64,000 bases of DNA from a virus, in the IMG/VR virus record IMGVR_UViG_3300037193_000639, positions 11,557 to 75,556 of that record; one strand, written 5' to 3'. Below, in pieces: positions 39,640 through 50,199 of this stretch; position 1 is the first letter of the stretch, and each line of letters opens with the position of its first letter. Made by a program: the position numbers and the translations under genes. The notes beneath the pieces are model-generated. The model saw only the letters and a list, made by a program, of their open reading frames with translations. It was not told the origin of the DNA and did no database searches.

Positions 39640-40744
39640 TTACTCAAATACCTCGAATGAAACCACGTCGCAGCCATTGAACCAAGGCCACCACCTGTGC
39701 CAATAAAAAATACGATCCAACTTACCCCGTTTGCTGCCATCTGTGAAATCAGGAACACCTCTACAAATGCCATCAAATAGCTCGTAGGAAGAATCCACTT
39801 ATATTTCTTATGAACAACATTCAACTGTTGGGTTGATCGTAGTCCCACGAAGAGGAACGCAGCGGCAAAGGCTGCAAGATATGTAAGCAACATTATTCGT
39901 CCTCTTCGGGGTCGTCATACTCCTTTGGAAGACGCTTTCCTGTCTGCTCTACAAATTCTTCTTTGATCCAATAATCTTCATCAGTTCCACCGTCAGCGTA
40001 CCATTCAGCAGCCTTCTTTTGATAAAACCTTAAAAACTCCAACTCTGTGGCTCGTCTCATTCTTCCTCCAATTCGATATCGTAATTATACTCTTCCATAA
40101 GACTTCCGTCAAGCAATTCTTCCACCATATCCTGCCCAAGCCTGTTAAAAGCAATCATCACCTTCCTCCTGTACCAGTCAATCTCTGTAATAGGCATCTT
40201 AGCGTACCCATGCTTATACAACCACTCGTACAATTTTCTAGCATTGATTCTATAGATGTTTGTCCTTCCCTCTTCTTCAATAAGGAATTTTGCAGGGAAG
40301 TCTTTTGGGAACTTCATTGTATATGGAAAAGCAGCAAGAATGCCATCCTTCCAATAGTGGCTTTCAATCATGGCTGCAATACAGGCCCCTACAAGACGCT
40401 CCCAGTCAACCTTTTTAGGTTTCTTGAGAGTGGCTAGGTAGTCTTTTCTTGGTTGGCCTCTACGGGGGTTTCTGGGCTTATCCATACCAATTATGTGTCT
40501 CTGTCCATGCCTCACTCTTAGCACCACAACATTTACACTGATTCCAATATTCTGTATAGGCTTTGTCGTAATAACTTCCACTGAAGTAACAAGACTTCTT
40601 TTCGATTTCAAGATGAGGGCACATCTCATTACGTTTCTTGCGCAGCTCAGAAGCTTTCAATTTAGCTTCATCAGCCACTTTCATAGCATGCTCTAATTCT
40701 GCCTGTACCTGCTCAAACGGTGTAGCAAATAACTCTTGTTGCAT
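39636..40744 (-). CDS. Small hypothetical genes (membrane protein 39636-39893; 39893-40060; 40057-40485; 40478-40744)
   Basis: Packed ORFs with overlapping start/stop codons. Confidence 0.55.
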
Positions 40745-40753
40745 ATTAATCCC

Positions 40754-43700
40754 TTAGTGACATTCCGCCCAATTCCTGCCAAGAATATAATCCGCAGCTA
40801 ACGTGACATTCAATTTGTAATACTCGCTCGTCTCACGTACAGCTTCTTGAATCAACTCTCCGGCTTTGCACCAACCAACGTAATACCCTTTATCAGAATG
40901 ACCTACTTCAGACCACGTAGGATGTTCTGCCTTGAATGCTTTAGCTTCCTCTTCAGTTTCAAACAACTTCCACTTGATCAGAGATTTGTGCACTTCCATT
41001 TGTGCTTCATCATGGTAGGCAATGAGTTGCTGTACAAAAGCTTTGCTTTTCCAGTGATCCTTCCAAAAATCCACAGTAAGTCCAGCTTCACGTAATTTCT
41101 GGTCATGAAGTACCATTGCTCGCTTTGCGCAAATAACTCCCGTAGATTGGAACAAGCTGTTAATCAGAGCACTCTTGGAACGTGTCATAATCTTACGACC
41201 ATCAATGCCAAGAATAAACTTTTTCCCGCCTGTAGTCTCCCAGTAATTGGTCAACTTTTCTGCAAGTAATGCCAGAGGTTTAGCAGCATCCCAGTAGGCA
41301 CCATGAATCTTTGCACCGTCTTCTACACTGCAGCCTACAGTCTTTGCTACACGCTTAGGTTGACCACCATATGCACAGCAATTACCTGTGATCGTAATCA
41401 CATCACCTTGGCGCATCACCCAAGAGCCAAGTTCAGTAGTAATACACCAGACAGGCTGTTCGCCTAGTGAAACCATCTTACTTGTCTGAAGACCTCTATG
41501 GGGCTTCTTAGTAAGGCGTACATGCTTCATCGGACGACCCTTCCAGCCTTCCTTGTGCGTTACTTGAACAGCACCATCATGCACCAAATAGGATGCAAGC
41601 AAAGCAGCTTCTTGAATATCTCCAACGTTTTGCGCCCAGTTCCAAATGTTACCCGTGTGATGTCCATCAGCAACCATGAAGCCTTCTATAAAAGTGGTAC
41701 GCTGCTCGTGACTCATATCTAAGACACGCCGAACCCAATCTGCCCCATACTTGACATCAGTAATATAACCTGTTGCACATTGAGGAAATACATCCTCATT
41801 TGAATCCCACGGGGCATTCATGATGATGCTACTTTCAGTGTTAAGCTCCGATGTTACACGAACTTCATCTACAGAATCCCGAATAGAAAAATTTGGCTTA
41901 CCAGTAGAAAACTCTTTTCGCTGCTTTACAAACCACCTGTGTTCTGCTGTAGCTTGGAATTTAGTCCACGAATTACCAAACTCAAACACCTCCGCAGAAT
42001 CAAAGGACACCTTGTCAGTAACCCTTGTCCACTTCTTTGTCTTTGTCACAGGGTCATAACCAAGTACCAACTCTCCGACCTCAAGCTCATCAAAGTGCTT
42101 CCAACCGCTACGAGTCAAAGCCGTCGTATGCATCGGTACACAGTATTTCACATTTTTGGCAGGAGTACGCTTGAACTCTCGTCCTAATACTTCTGAAATT
42201 CTTGCAGCAGTTTTCGTGTGCACATCGTTCGGTTTTTCCATCGTCAACGAACGGCTGTAGGATTTCTCTGCATCATCATACTTCCAACAATAATGTGCTT
42301 CCACCATTGCTTCAAGACTTGCAAAGTCATACCCTAATTGATAGAAACCCTCTTCAACATCACTACCAAACAACTCCCGCATAAGTTCCCCATACAAAGA
42401 GGTGACACGGGGGACATTAGCTACAATACGATGCTTAAACCGAGTTGTTCCAGCTCCACACGTATCAGCAGGAGTAGGTATTCGTCCATCTTGTGCGATA
42501 CGTCCATTACTCAGCCAACCTTTCTCAGCCTCTTCATCCTCGTCATCAGGATCTACCCCACCACCGAGAATGCTGTTACGACGATGGCTGTACGTCAGGA
42601 AGTCAGAGATGTCTTTAGCATGTGCAAACTTATCTACAAGAGCTGCCAACGCAGGGTCAATTTCCTTCTCGACACCAACTGTCAGTGAGGGATTAGTCAA
42701 CACTTTCAGCGGACGTTTTGTGTGACTATGCTTCAGTAGTTTATTCCTGAACTCCTGCTCTGTATCCACCTCCAGATGCTCAAACCGATCCTCCTTGAAC
42801 GGACTCTCCAACGTCTGCTCAATGTATCTCATACAAGTTTCGAAATACTTCTCTGGGGTCAACTTGTGCTTCTTAAAGTCAACGGTCAAGTCTCGCTCCT
42901 TGTATGCTGTAGGCTTCCATCCAAGACCGACTAACCACTGTTTGATGTGTGTTGTATCTTTGATTGTAGCTGGCATGTGCGTGATGATCGGCTCTTGCGG
43001 AATGGGCAATGTGAAGCGTTTATTCTCATACCCTTCCTCATTAAAACTCGCCGTCCAATCGCCACCTTCATGCTGCTTAAGGGCTCCTCTATGTTTTTCT
43101 ACCCACTTCTGAATATTAGCACTAAGGCTTCCATCTTTCTTGAACTGAATCTTCGGGGGAATATACTCCTTCGCAGCAGTCTTTGTAAGTGGTTTAGGAG
43201 GAATCAAAGGCTCCACAATCTCCTTCAACTTCGCCATCTTTTCATCAAGATCCCGCACGCACTCTACAGCAAGCTTCTCATTGAACTTGAAACCACGATG
43301 CTCCTGACGAGTGATAATAAGACGCACACGTTTCTCTAGCTCATATGCTTCTCGCCAATCCCAGTCGCCCCACTCCTTCAACAGAAATTTCCACGTCTTG
43401 ATGTTTGATACAACGTCCTGCTTGTTATACACCAACATCTCGTGATGGTACACCTTAAACTCTGCCCCCGGAGGGTCATGTGGCCCGATGAGTCCAAGTT
43501 CAATTGCTTTGGCACGCCAATCAATCTTCGCTTCGCCATGCATCTTGCCGAAGTATTCAATACTGTGGCCTGTACGGTCAGGGTTCAAGGTTTTTGACAA
43601 CACCAATGTGTCAGTAATCGTAATCGGCTTTCCGCAGATCGTGTCACAAAACGTGTTGTAGAATTTATCGTTACGCCTACCTTTCGAAACTCCAATGTCA

Positions 43701-43966
43701 AAGTCCAGACCAAACTTCGCCATCATCACCATATGATCGTACGAAATCGTGTTGTGCCCAATTAGCTCAGTAGCTGTATCGAGCACGAACTCTTTCACAC
43801 GTTTGGTTTCATCCTGAACAAATACGAACTCTTCCCCAGAATCTACGTCAATGAATACTGCACAGTGTACTTCAAAACTATCTTTTAATTTGTACGGAGA
43901 GGCAGTGTAATCTACTGTAGTGTCATCCAATAGCCCATTCGCCTCAATATCCCAACACAACCTCAT
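40754..43966 (-). CDS. polA: DNA polymerase, family A (T7-like), intein-containing
   Basis: Exo I WDIEANG, GHN...YD; motif A YDFASLE; motif B AKNVKY|CCAYG; motif C YHDE. Confidence 0.93.
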   Translation of the reverse strand: MRLCWDIEANGLLDDTTVDYTASPYKLKDSFEVHCAVFIDVDSGEEFVFVQDETKRVKEFVLDTATELIGHNTISYDHMVMMAKFGLDFDIGVSKGRRNDKFYNTFCDTICGKPITITDTLVLSKTLNPDRTGHSIEYFGKMHGEAKIDWRAKAIELGLIGPHDPPGAEFKVYHHEMLVYNKQDVVSNIKTWKFLLKEWGDWDWREAYELEKRVRLIITRQEHRGFKFNEKLAVECVRDLDEKMAKLKEIVEPLIPPKPLTKTAAKEYIPPKIQFKKDGSLSANIQKWVEKHRGALKQHEGGDWTASFNEEGYENKRFTLPIPQEPIITHMPATIKDTTHIKQWLVGLGWKPTAYKERDLTVDFKKHKLTPEKYFETCMRYIEQTLESPFKEDRFEHLEVDTEQEFRNKLLKHSHTKRPLKVLTNPSLTVGVEKEIDPALAALVDKFAHAKDISDFLTYSHRRNSILGGGVDPDDEDEEAEKGWLSNGRIAQDGRIPTPADTCGAGTTRFKHRIVANVPRVTSLYGELMRELFGSDVEEGFYQLGYDFASLEAMVEAHYCWKYDDAEKSYSRSLTMEKPNDVHTKTAARISEVLGREFKRTPAKNVKYCVPMHTTALTRSGWKHFDELEVGELVLGYDPVTKTKKWTRVTDKVSFDSAEVFEFGNSWTKFQATAEHRWFVKQRKEFSTGKPNFSIRDSVDEVRVTSELNTESSIIMNAPWDSNEDVFPQCATGYITDVKYGADWVRRVLDMSHEQRTTFIEGFMVADGHHTGNIWNWAQNVGDIQEAALLASYLVHDGAVQVTHKEGWKGRPMKHVRLTKKPHRGLQTSKMVSLGEQPVWCITTELGSWVMRQGDVITITGNCCAYGGQPKRVAKTVGCSVEDGAKIHGAYWDAAKPLALLAEKLTNYWETTGGKKFILGIDGRKIMTRSKSALINSLFQSTGVICAKRAMVLHDQKLREAGLTVDFWKDHWKSKAFVQQLIAYHDEAQMEVHKSLIKWKLFETEEEAKAFKAEHPTWSEVGHSDKGYYVGWCKAGELIQEAVRETSEYYKLNVTLAADYILGRNWAECH
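41381..42142 (-). mobile_element. Intein (254 aa) in polymerase motif B
   Basis: Starts CVPMHTTALT; block B ATAEHRW; FIEGFMVADG (LAGLIDADG-like); ends VWCITT...ITGN followed by extein Cys. Confidence 0.92.
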
Positions 43967-43978
43967 CCCATCTCCTAA

Positions 43979-44701
43979 TTAACTCTCAGCCAAATATTGC
44001 ATCTGTTTAGAATACTTCATCACTCGCCTCATGTCCCGCCTGACTAGACTCTCCTGCAAATTACAGAGCGTGTCGTGCATCTTTACCGTACGTGCAAGTT
44101 CGTTCTTCTTCACACGATCTATGTAAAATTCGTAAGGCTCTCCGTCTATTTTAGTCATAGCCTTCACAGCATTGACCACATTATCCTCAAACAATTGGCA
44201 AAGTGTTTCTTCTTTGCAGTCAGTATCTTCCAAAATTTCCTTCATTCGGTCTTGGTTGCTAACAGACTTGGGACTTGGGACGTAGACCGACAGGTGGCTT
44301 CGTTGTGGTGAGACTTGGACCAATTTAAAACAACCTGCTGCATCTAAGTAGTACTCTGGCTCGAAAGCCTCTAAAAACACGCTATCATTATCTTTTGTGT
44401 GGCTACTGTTCCAACACATATACCCTTCGTCGTCAGTGTATATTGACAAAGCTCTACAATACAAATATTTAGCCTCCCCACAATACCATTTATAACCAAG
44501 ATTGAACAAAGCGTCTTGAACCTGCCTACTGTGGGAAGGGCAGGTAATTCTAATCTTCATATCTTTAAATTCACTCATTCTTTCCTCCTCGTTCACTATT
44601 TTCAAATACCCATCGTAAGTCCCATCACAATCAGGCTCTACTACATATAGCATACCAGAAGCCTTTAAGCGTTCAAAATCTTCTTTAGAAAGAATTTTCA
44701 T
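43979..44701 (-). CDS. Chimeric hypothetical protein ending in a truncated HD-domain (SpoT/Mesh1-like) fragment
   Basis: C-terminal ILEDTD...V.A.TK...Y..YI.RV..N.LA..VK..D...N lacks the preceding HD motif. Confidence 0.55.
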   Translation of the reverse strand: MKILSKEDFERLKASGMLYVVEPDCDGTYDGYLKIVNEEERMSEFKDMKIRITCPSHSRQVQDALFNLGYKWYCGEAKYLYCRALSIYTDDEGYMCWNSSHTKDNDSVFLEAFEPEYYLDAAGCFKLVQVSPQRSHLSVYVPSPKSVSNQDRMKEILEDTDCKEETLCQLFEDNVVNAVKAMTKIDGEPYEFYIDRVKKNELARTVKMHDTLCNLQESLVRRDMRRVMKYSKQMQYLAES

Positions 44702-44709
44702 GTTTGTTC

Positions 44710-44979
44710 TTAAGGTTGAGAACTTGTGCTGATGATTCCACTCGATTGCTCCTTGAACTCCCGAATTTCTTTTTGGTATCGAATGTACTCCGCTGCTTCT
44801 TGCTCTGTCCGAAAAGCCTTGATTGGTGTTACAACATTCCGTGTGAATGTGTAGCCAGTGGCAGACACATCCGACATTTCTCCTGCATACCACACCTCAA
44901 ATTTGTTCCAAATCTTTGTTGGGTTGTTGATTACAGCATAAGAGTCTTTATTCAATTGTTCTCTCCCTTGGTTGATCAA
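44710..44979 (-). CDS. Hypothetical protein
   Basis: ORF track; co-directional. Confidence 0.5.
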   Translation of the reverse strand: MINQGREQLNKDSYAVINNPTKIWNKFEVWYAGEMSDVSATGYTFTRNVVTPIKAFRTEQEAAEYIRYQKEIREFKEQSSGIISTSSQP

Positions 44980-45015
44980 TGCCTACATTTTAGTGCAGGT
45001 ATTTCGGTGTGTCAA

Positions 45016-45618
45016 CTATTTTCCGTGCCGTTCAGAGTACCCTGCTCCTTGTTTATTAAGCTCTTCAATCATCTTGGCTCGATATTCACAAGCTAGTCGG
45101 AAAGCTTCTTCTTCGCCATACTTTCTAATTGGGAAATTCTTTCTGTCTTCTGATCCATCTAGATTCTGCCACTTAGCTCTGTAGTATAAATTGCCTCTTC
45201 CACCATCACAAAGATGAACACCTGTGACACCAGAGTTATTGTTGACCCGTAATACTTGGTTATGCGTATTTACCGTTCTTTCCACCAACCTCAGATTAGT
45301 GATCGAGTTGTTTAATTTATTACCATCAACATGGTCTATATCCATGCTCAAACCCGGCTGCACATCGTTGTAGAGATACCAAATAATGCGATGTACTTGA
45401 AAGCACTTACCATTTATTCTCACAGACCAATAACCCGTGTTTAATAAATTACCAGCAACTTTACCTACAAAACGATTTACGAACTGTTTGTGCGCTCTAC
45501 CACACGAGAAATACTTCTCGCCACGATCTCTCCAACGCAATACACCTGCATTGAAGTCAACATCAAAATAATCCCTTAGCAGGGATATGCCTGGTAATTC
45601 CTTCGTTTTCAATGCCAT
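45016..45618 (-). CDS. HNH homing endonuclease with AP2-like C-terminus
   Basis: HRIIW...IDHVDGNKLNN.I.NLR; GYSERHG. Confidence 0.88.
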   Translation of the reverse strand: MALKTKELPGISLLRDYFDVDFNAGVLRWRDRGEKYFSCGRAHKQFVNRFVGKVAGNLLNTGYWSVRINGKCFQVHRIIWYLYNDVQPGLSMDIDHVDGNKLNNSITNLRLVERTVNTHNQVLRVNNNSGVTGVHLCDGGRGNLYYRAKWQNLDGSEDRKNFPIRKYGEEEAFRLACEYRAKMIEELNKQGAGYSERHGK

Positions 45619-47264
45619 TAAAAATCTGCCCCATCTTCTCCGTACGTGATAACATCCCAAGTCTCGTTGTCCAAACTAAACACATCAGCAACTCCTAATG
45701 AAGACCATGTGCGATTTTTAAGCGTCACGATCCGGCAGCGACCACGGGACCTGTCCGGCATGATTTCCGGCTCAAGTGCAAGAATATTCCAACTCAATGC
45801 TTCCAGCGAACTACTACCTCGTAAAGATTCCTTCGTAACACGTACCCAGAAAGGTTGGTCCTCTTTACCCTTCGGCGGTTTAAATGCATCAGCGTTAGTG
45901 CGGTTAATGTGACTGATCAAAATCACACATATGTCGTTAGCTGCACAAAACGCAGCAAGCGTAGTCATTGTGTTGTCCAGCTCACGGCGCTCATCTGCAA
46001 CTTCTGGGCTAGTAAGGACTGTAACGTGGTCTACAATCAGGTACTTACAACCTTCAACAAAGTGGGCGTGTTTTACCTTTGACATAAACTCAGACAGTGG
46101 CAACGATCCAAAGTGATCTAACATCACAACCCGGTTGTTATCCACAATATCTCGGTAGACAGCCTCGATTTCCTCTTTTGTCGCAACAGACGTCGGATTA
46201 TTTTTGAACTGCAAATAGTTCACCCTCAGTTGTGATGCAATCATTCGCTGAATTGTCTCGACTGGCCGTTCTTCCAGATAGAACATCCCAACCCGCTCCC
46301 CAGCACTCATAAATGCATTTGCAAACAATGCAGAAATTGTAGACTTGCCTACATTCGTGGGCGCACAAAGCAGTGTCAACTCTCTGGTTCGGAAGCCATT
46401 TATTTGAGACATTAGTTTAGGGAACTCTGGCACCACGATCCCTTTTGGACGCTCTGCAATAATCTCTTCAAATGTAACATCTGATGCTTTAAGGATCTTC
46501 TCTGCAACATAAGGCTTCGCACCAAATGCAGCAAGTTTTGCAAGTTCTTTGCTTTGCCCCGCTTGCATGTAGTCACTGGCGTCTTTTTTATCTGCAGCGT
46601 ACGGAAGATAAAATAGCGGTAGCCCTAGAAGAGCATTAGCAAGTGATTCTCGTGCCTCTTTACCACGCATCATACCTTTTAGCCGCTCTGCCGGAGTACA
46701 CTCGTCATTGTCCATGCATAAGATAACTGCATCAGTAAACGATGATACAAAGTCTTTGTTGTGCAAAACGTGCTCTACAGCATTTTTAGTGCCAAGACCA
46801 ATACTGACGACAAACGGTTTTAAGTCAGAGTATTTTGTACCAGCCACATCATCAACCAGTGCTTGGTACAAACTAGGAACCTCCCATTCACCCTCGCAAA
46901 TATACAGCTTTGTTTTCTTACGCTGATTTTTCTCAGCAATCTGCTGACCAAAGAGCATATTACTAATTGACACTGACCCAATTGCGGAAAAATGGTGTTT
47001 GTCCTCCTTGCTAACTGTTAGATCGCGGCGCTTAAACCCGCATAACTCCCCTTTTTGGTTGTAATATGGGAAGTAATTTGCAATTGGTGTAACACCATCC
47101 TCTTCACTGACAGCAGTTCGAATTTGGAACAACTCTGCTGTCTCAAGCCGAATCCCACGCTCAGGAATTGCTTTAATTGGGTATTGCAAGACTTCTTTTA
47201 CTGTCTCCTTCGACTTATACTCACTCACCTCCGAATACTCCTTAAATTTCCTGTCATACGCCAT
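45618..47264 (-). CDS. DNA primase-helicase (T7 gp4-like)
   Basis: TOPRIM ICEGE, MDND, KDASD; Walker A APTNVGKST; IVDH; LISH; LRGS. Confidence 0.9.
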   Translation of the reverse strand: MAYDRKFKEYSEVSEYKSKETVKEVLQYPIKAIPERGIRLETAELFQIRTAVSEEDGVTPIANYFPYYNQKGELCGFKRRDLTVSKEDKHHFSAIGSVSISNMLFGQQIAEKNQRKKTKLYICEGEWEVPSLYQALVDDVAGTKYSDLKPFVVSIGLGTKNAVEHVLHNKDFVSSFTDAVILCMDNDECTPAERLKGMMRGKEARESLANALLGLPLFYLPYAADKKDASDYMQAGQSKELAKLAAFGAKPYVAEKILKASDVTFEEIIAERPKGIVVPEFPKLMSQINGFRTRELTLLCAPTNVGKSTISALFANAFMSAGERVGMFYLEERPVETIQRMIASQLRVNYLQFKNNPTSVATKEEIEAVYRDIVDNNRVVMLDHFGSLPLSEFMSKVKHAHFVEGCKYLIVDHVTVLTSPEVADERRELDNTMTTLAAFCAANDICVILISHINRTNADAFKPPKGKEDQPFWVRVTKESLRGSSSLEALSWNILALEPEIMPDRSRGRCRIVTLKNRTWSSLGVADVFSLDNETWDVITYGEDGADF

Positions 47265-47582
47265 CTACACCCTTTCATACCAAAACTTCACCCTTGGAGG
47301 CTGCTTAAACACAGCGAGCCCAAGCTCTGTATCATACCTCCGCATAGCCTTCCTCAATGTCCTTCCAGACAATTCAGCAGTGTCAATCACCAAAACAGGC
47401 TTCAAATCATCTGGTACGTTTTGTCCGTAAGGTATCCACGGGATGCTTAGTTTATGTGAAGCGTACACGCTTGCAATTGCTCCACTCCTTCCCGGCCCTG
47501 TGACAGACTTAGCATCACCCCCTTGTAAAAACAAGGCAACCTCAAGCCGTTTGCTGAATTCTTGCTCAGAAACTACTTGCAT
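47265..47582 (-). CDS. Minimal phosphoribosyltransferase-like protein
   Basis: GPGRSGAIA...L.IP and VLVIDTAELSGRTL resemble the type I PRTase PRPP loop. Confidence 0.45.
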   Translation of the reverse strand: MQVVSEQEFSKRLEVALFLQGGDAKSVTGPGRSGAIASVYASHKLSIPWIPYGQNVPDDLKPVLVIDTAELSGRTLRKAMRRYDTELGLAVFKQPPRVKFWYERV

Positions 47583-47583
47583 G

Positions 47584-48223
47584 TTAACTCTCCACATACT
47601 CAAACTTGTAAGGCACGTCCTTCAAGATTGCTGCCCTGTTCAATGCCATAACAATCTTGAATCCATCCTCATTCCACCGCTTCCAGTAACTCTCTGACAT
47701 CACATCCGTCAGCTCCCATACATGGTGCCAATAGTTCAAAGCAATGATAATCTCTCGTGGAACGAAATACGAGATAAAATCTTCGTCAACGCTGATAGTA
47801 CGAAATCGCCACGGACAGTCAGGACACTCCTCGACAAGCCAAAGCCCACTACTCATGTAATCTGGAAATACTTTAATTGTTTGCATATTACCCTCAATAA
47901 TTTAGATGAAGTTCAGTAGCATCTACAGAGATCAACCCGTGAAGTTTCACAAACATCTCTTCGTAGCTTCCACGCGAGTTGTGCCAATTCCAATATTCCT
48001 TATGCTTTTGATAGTAAAGGTCACTAGATGAGCCGTAAGCCTGATGGGCAGTAATTATTTCCTTACGCTTACTCTCCCGAATTTCAGATTCTTTCTTACA
48101 AAACTCATGCCACTCTTCCTCAGTAACAGGTTTATTTGTCACATACAAACCACCTATACAATAATCTGAGGAGTATTGTCCCGCAGACATGTAGAAGAAG
48201 TACAAACCTTTTAGTTGTTCCAT
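47584..48223 (-). CDS. Two hypothetical genes (47584-47886, 47894-48223)
   Basis: Packed ORFs. Confidence 0.55.
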
Positions 48224-49291
48224 TTATTTCACCCTATGTGCTGTAAGTTCAAGAGGGTTCACCTCCATAATAGGCAATCTTCCACAATACTTATCATAGA
48301 AGTAACCAACATACCCTTCAACCAGAACAGGATTCATCTTCACGATATCCGTTTTGAAATGGCTTCCACCTTGCTCCCTCAGGTATCTCATAAATTCTCC
48401 AAGCTCCTTGCCATCAAGCTTCAACCACTCTCGTACAAGATCACCGTTGAATCGCTTACGATATTCCATCTCGAATTCCCACTCTGCTTGCACTTCGTTG
48501 TATAGAGTTTCGAAGTGGGGTATCTTTCGAAATAGGTATGGAAGCCATGCACGTTTATCCTGACCTTTTCGCCACTCAATCCAGAAGTTCTGCGCATTTG
48601 TGTGTTGATGATTTTCAATCCACTTCAAAAACTCTGTGTAAGTTTTTCGTTTCCTATCTCGCACGCGAGATGTATGGTTACGGTTATGTAGCAGGTAGAT
48701 GTCTTTGTTAAAGAATTCACTGCTGACAACAAACTCAAAAATATCTTCAAGCCTATCAAAACCTTGCTGGTATCTCTCATACGAAAGCCCCAACACTGGC
48801 AGAATCTTTGCCCAGTCTGTTTCTACAACAATTGTCCTGAAGTGCTGTGTCTCTCCGATTCTCCAGTGGTACGCGAGGCCGTCATGTCCAAGCTTCATGC
48901 CCATCATGTGCGCAATCCTGCCAATGAGGTTGCCAAGGTCATTGTAGGCAAAGTAGTTAAGAGATGTCTGGTACTCAGATGAAGGTGTAATAATCAAATC
49001 GATCTGGAACTCTTTATACTCAAATGAAAAGCAATTCCCGTTCTTAAAACACTCTTTTGGCTGAAATGCTGTAATGACTTTTTCTTGCCAATCACTCGGA
49101 AGGTAGTCTGACTCAAGCAATAGGTCCATATCTCCGAAAGAATCTTTCGAATAATAAGCAGGGACATCAGTAACTTCACTGCAGCAGTTTAAAGCATAGA
49201 TAAGTTTTGTTAGCACCTCACCTACAAGTTTTCTGTATTCGTCTGCATTGTACCGTCTCGTCTTGCAATTCTTAAGTGCATTCCCGCCCAC
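48224..49291 (-). CDS. Pol-beta-like nucleotidyltransferase family protein
   Basis: MGGNA N-terminus; SFGDMDLL; FQIDLI; LGHDGL. Confidence 0.65.
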   Translation of the reverse strand: MGGNALKNCKTRRYNADEYRKLVGEVLTKLIYALNCCSEVTDVPAYYSKDSFGDMDLLLESDYLPSDWQEKVITAFQPKECFKNGNCFSFEYKEFQIDLIITPSSEYQTSLNYFAYNDLGNLIGRIAHMMGMKLGHDGLAYHWRIGETQHFRTIVVETDWAKILPVLGLSYERYQQGFDRLEDIFEFVVSSEFFNKDIYLLHNRNHTSRVRDRKRKTYTEFLKWIENHQHTNAQNFWIEWRKGQDKRAWLPYLFRKIPHFETLYNEVQAEWEFEMEYRKRFNGDLVREWLKLDGKELGEFMRYLREQGGSHFKTDIVKMNPVLVEGYVGYFYDKYCGRLPIMEVNPLELTAHRVK

Positions 49292-49301
49292 GATATTCTC
49301 C

Positions 49302-50139
49302 TCAAAACCAGTACGGGCAATATTTACCTGTTTTATTATCTTTCAACTCACACACTTTACCACAAGTAAATAGAGCTGCCAACCAAGCTGTAAATTTGAA
49401 CCTGTAGTGTCTTGGATTCCCGTGCAAACCGGGAAACGAGTACAATGTGTAACGCTTTGTCATATTCAGCACCTCAAAACTCAAAAAACATATCGCTACT
49501 CATTTTCTCAAGACGTTTAAGTTTAGCTTTCAATTGGCTACACTCGTCTTCAAGAGACTCATAGTCAGAGTATAGCACGTAATCTCCATAGTTGCTCGGC
49601 ATCATTCCAGCAGTTTGTGAGTCAGTATTTTCACAACGAAATAACTCAGGATCATATCTTTGTACCATCTTTACTCCTCCTCCACCCACATATCTTCCAC
49701 AACAAATTTAAGACTAAGCCCTCCATCTTCACGGCTTGCCCAGAAGCCTCCAGAGGCTGCGTAGGAGTTTCCATTGAAGCACTCTTCAAGCAGCTTTCGT
49801 GCATGCTTCCTCATTTGTCCCACAGAAGGTATCTCGTAGACATTTCCTTTGTTATACCACTTCCAGTTCAGGGTGTTCATTACTCGCTGCACTTTGTAGA
49901 AGTCAAACTCATCTAGGATCTCTTCGATTTGTTCTTCTTTAGCCATTCCAATACACCTTCGAAAGAATCTGCTTATCCAGCACTTGATGATGGCGAAGCT
50001 CCCACAACAGCTCGTTAATATCTGCCAACCAAGTCCAGTCTTGCATATTCTTGGCAATCATCCTATCCATCTCAACGTTAGTAATGAGTGTGGAGCGTCT
50101 TGAGATGCGTGATTGAAGCCTACTTTGAATGCTTTTCAT
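49302..50139 (-). CDS. Four small hypothetical genes
   Basis: Packed co-directional ORFs (49302-49463, 49474-49668, 49671-~49945, 49939-50139). Confidence 0.5.
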
Positions 50140-50199
50140 GTTAGTTTCCTTCCTACTGCATAGCAGCTATATTAATAAAATCGTCTTGCTGAATATCAA

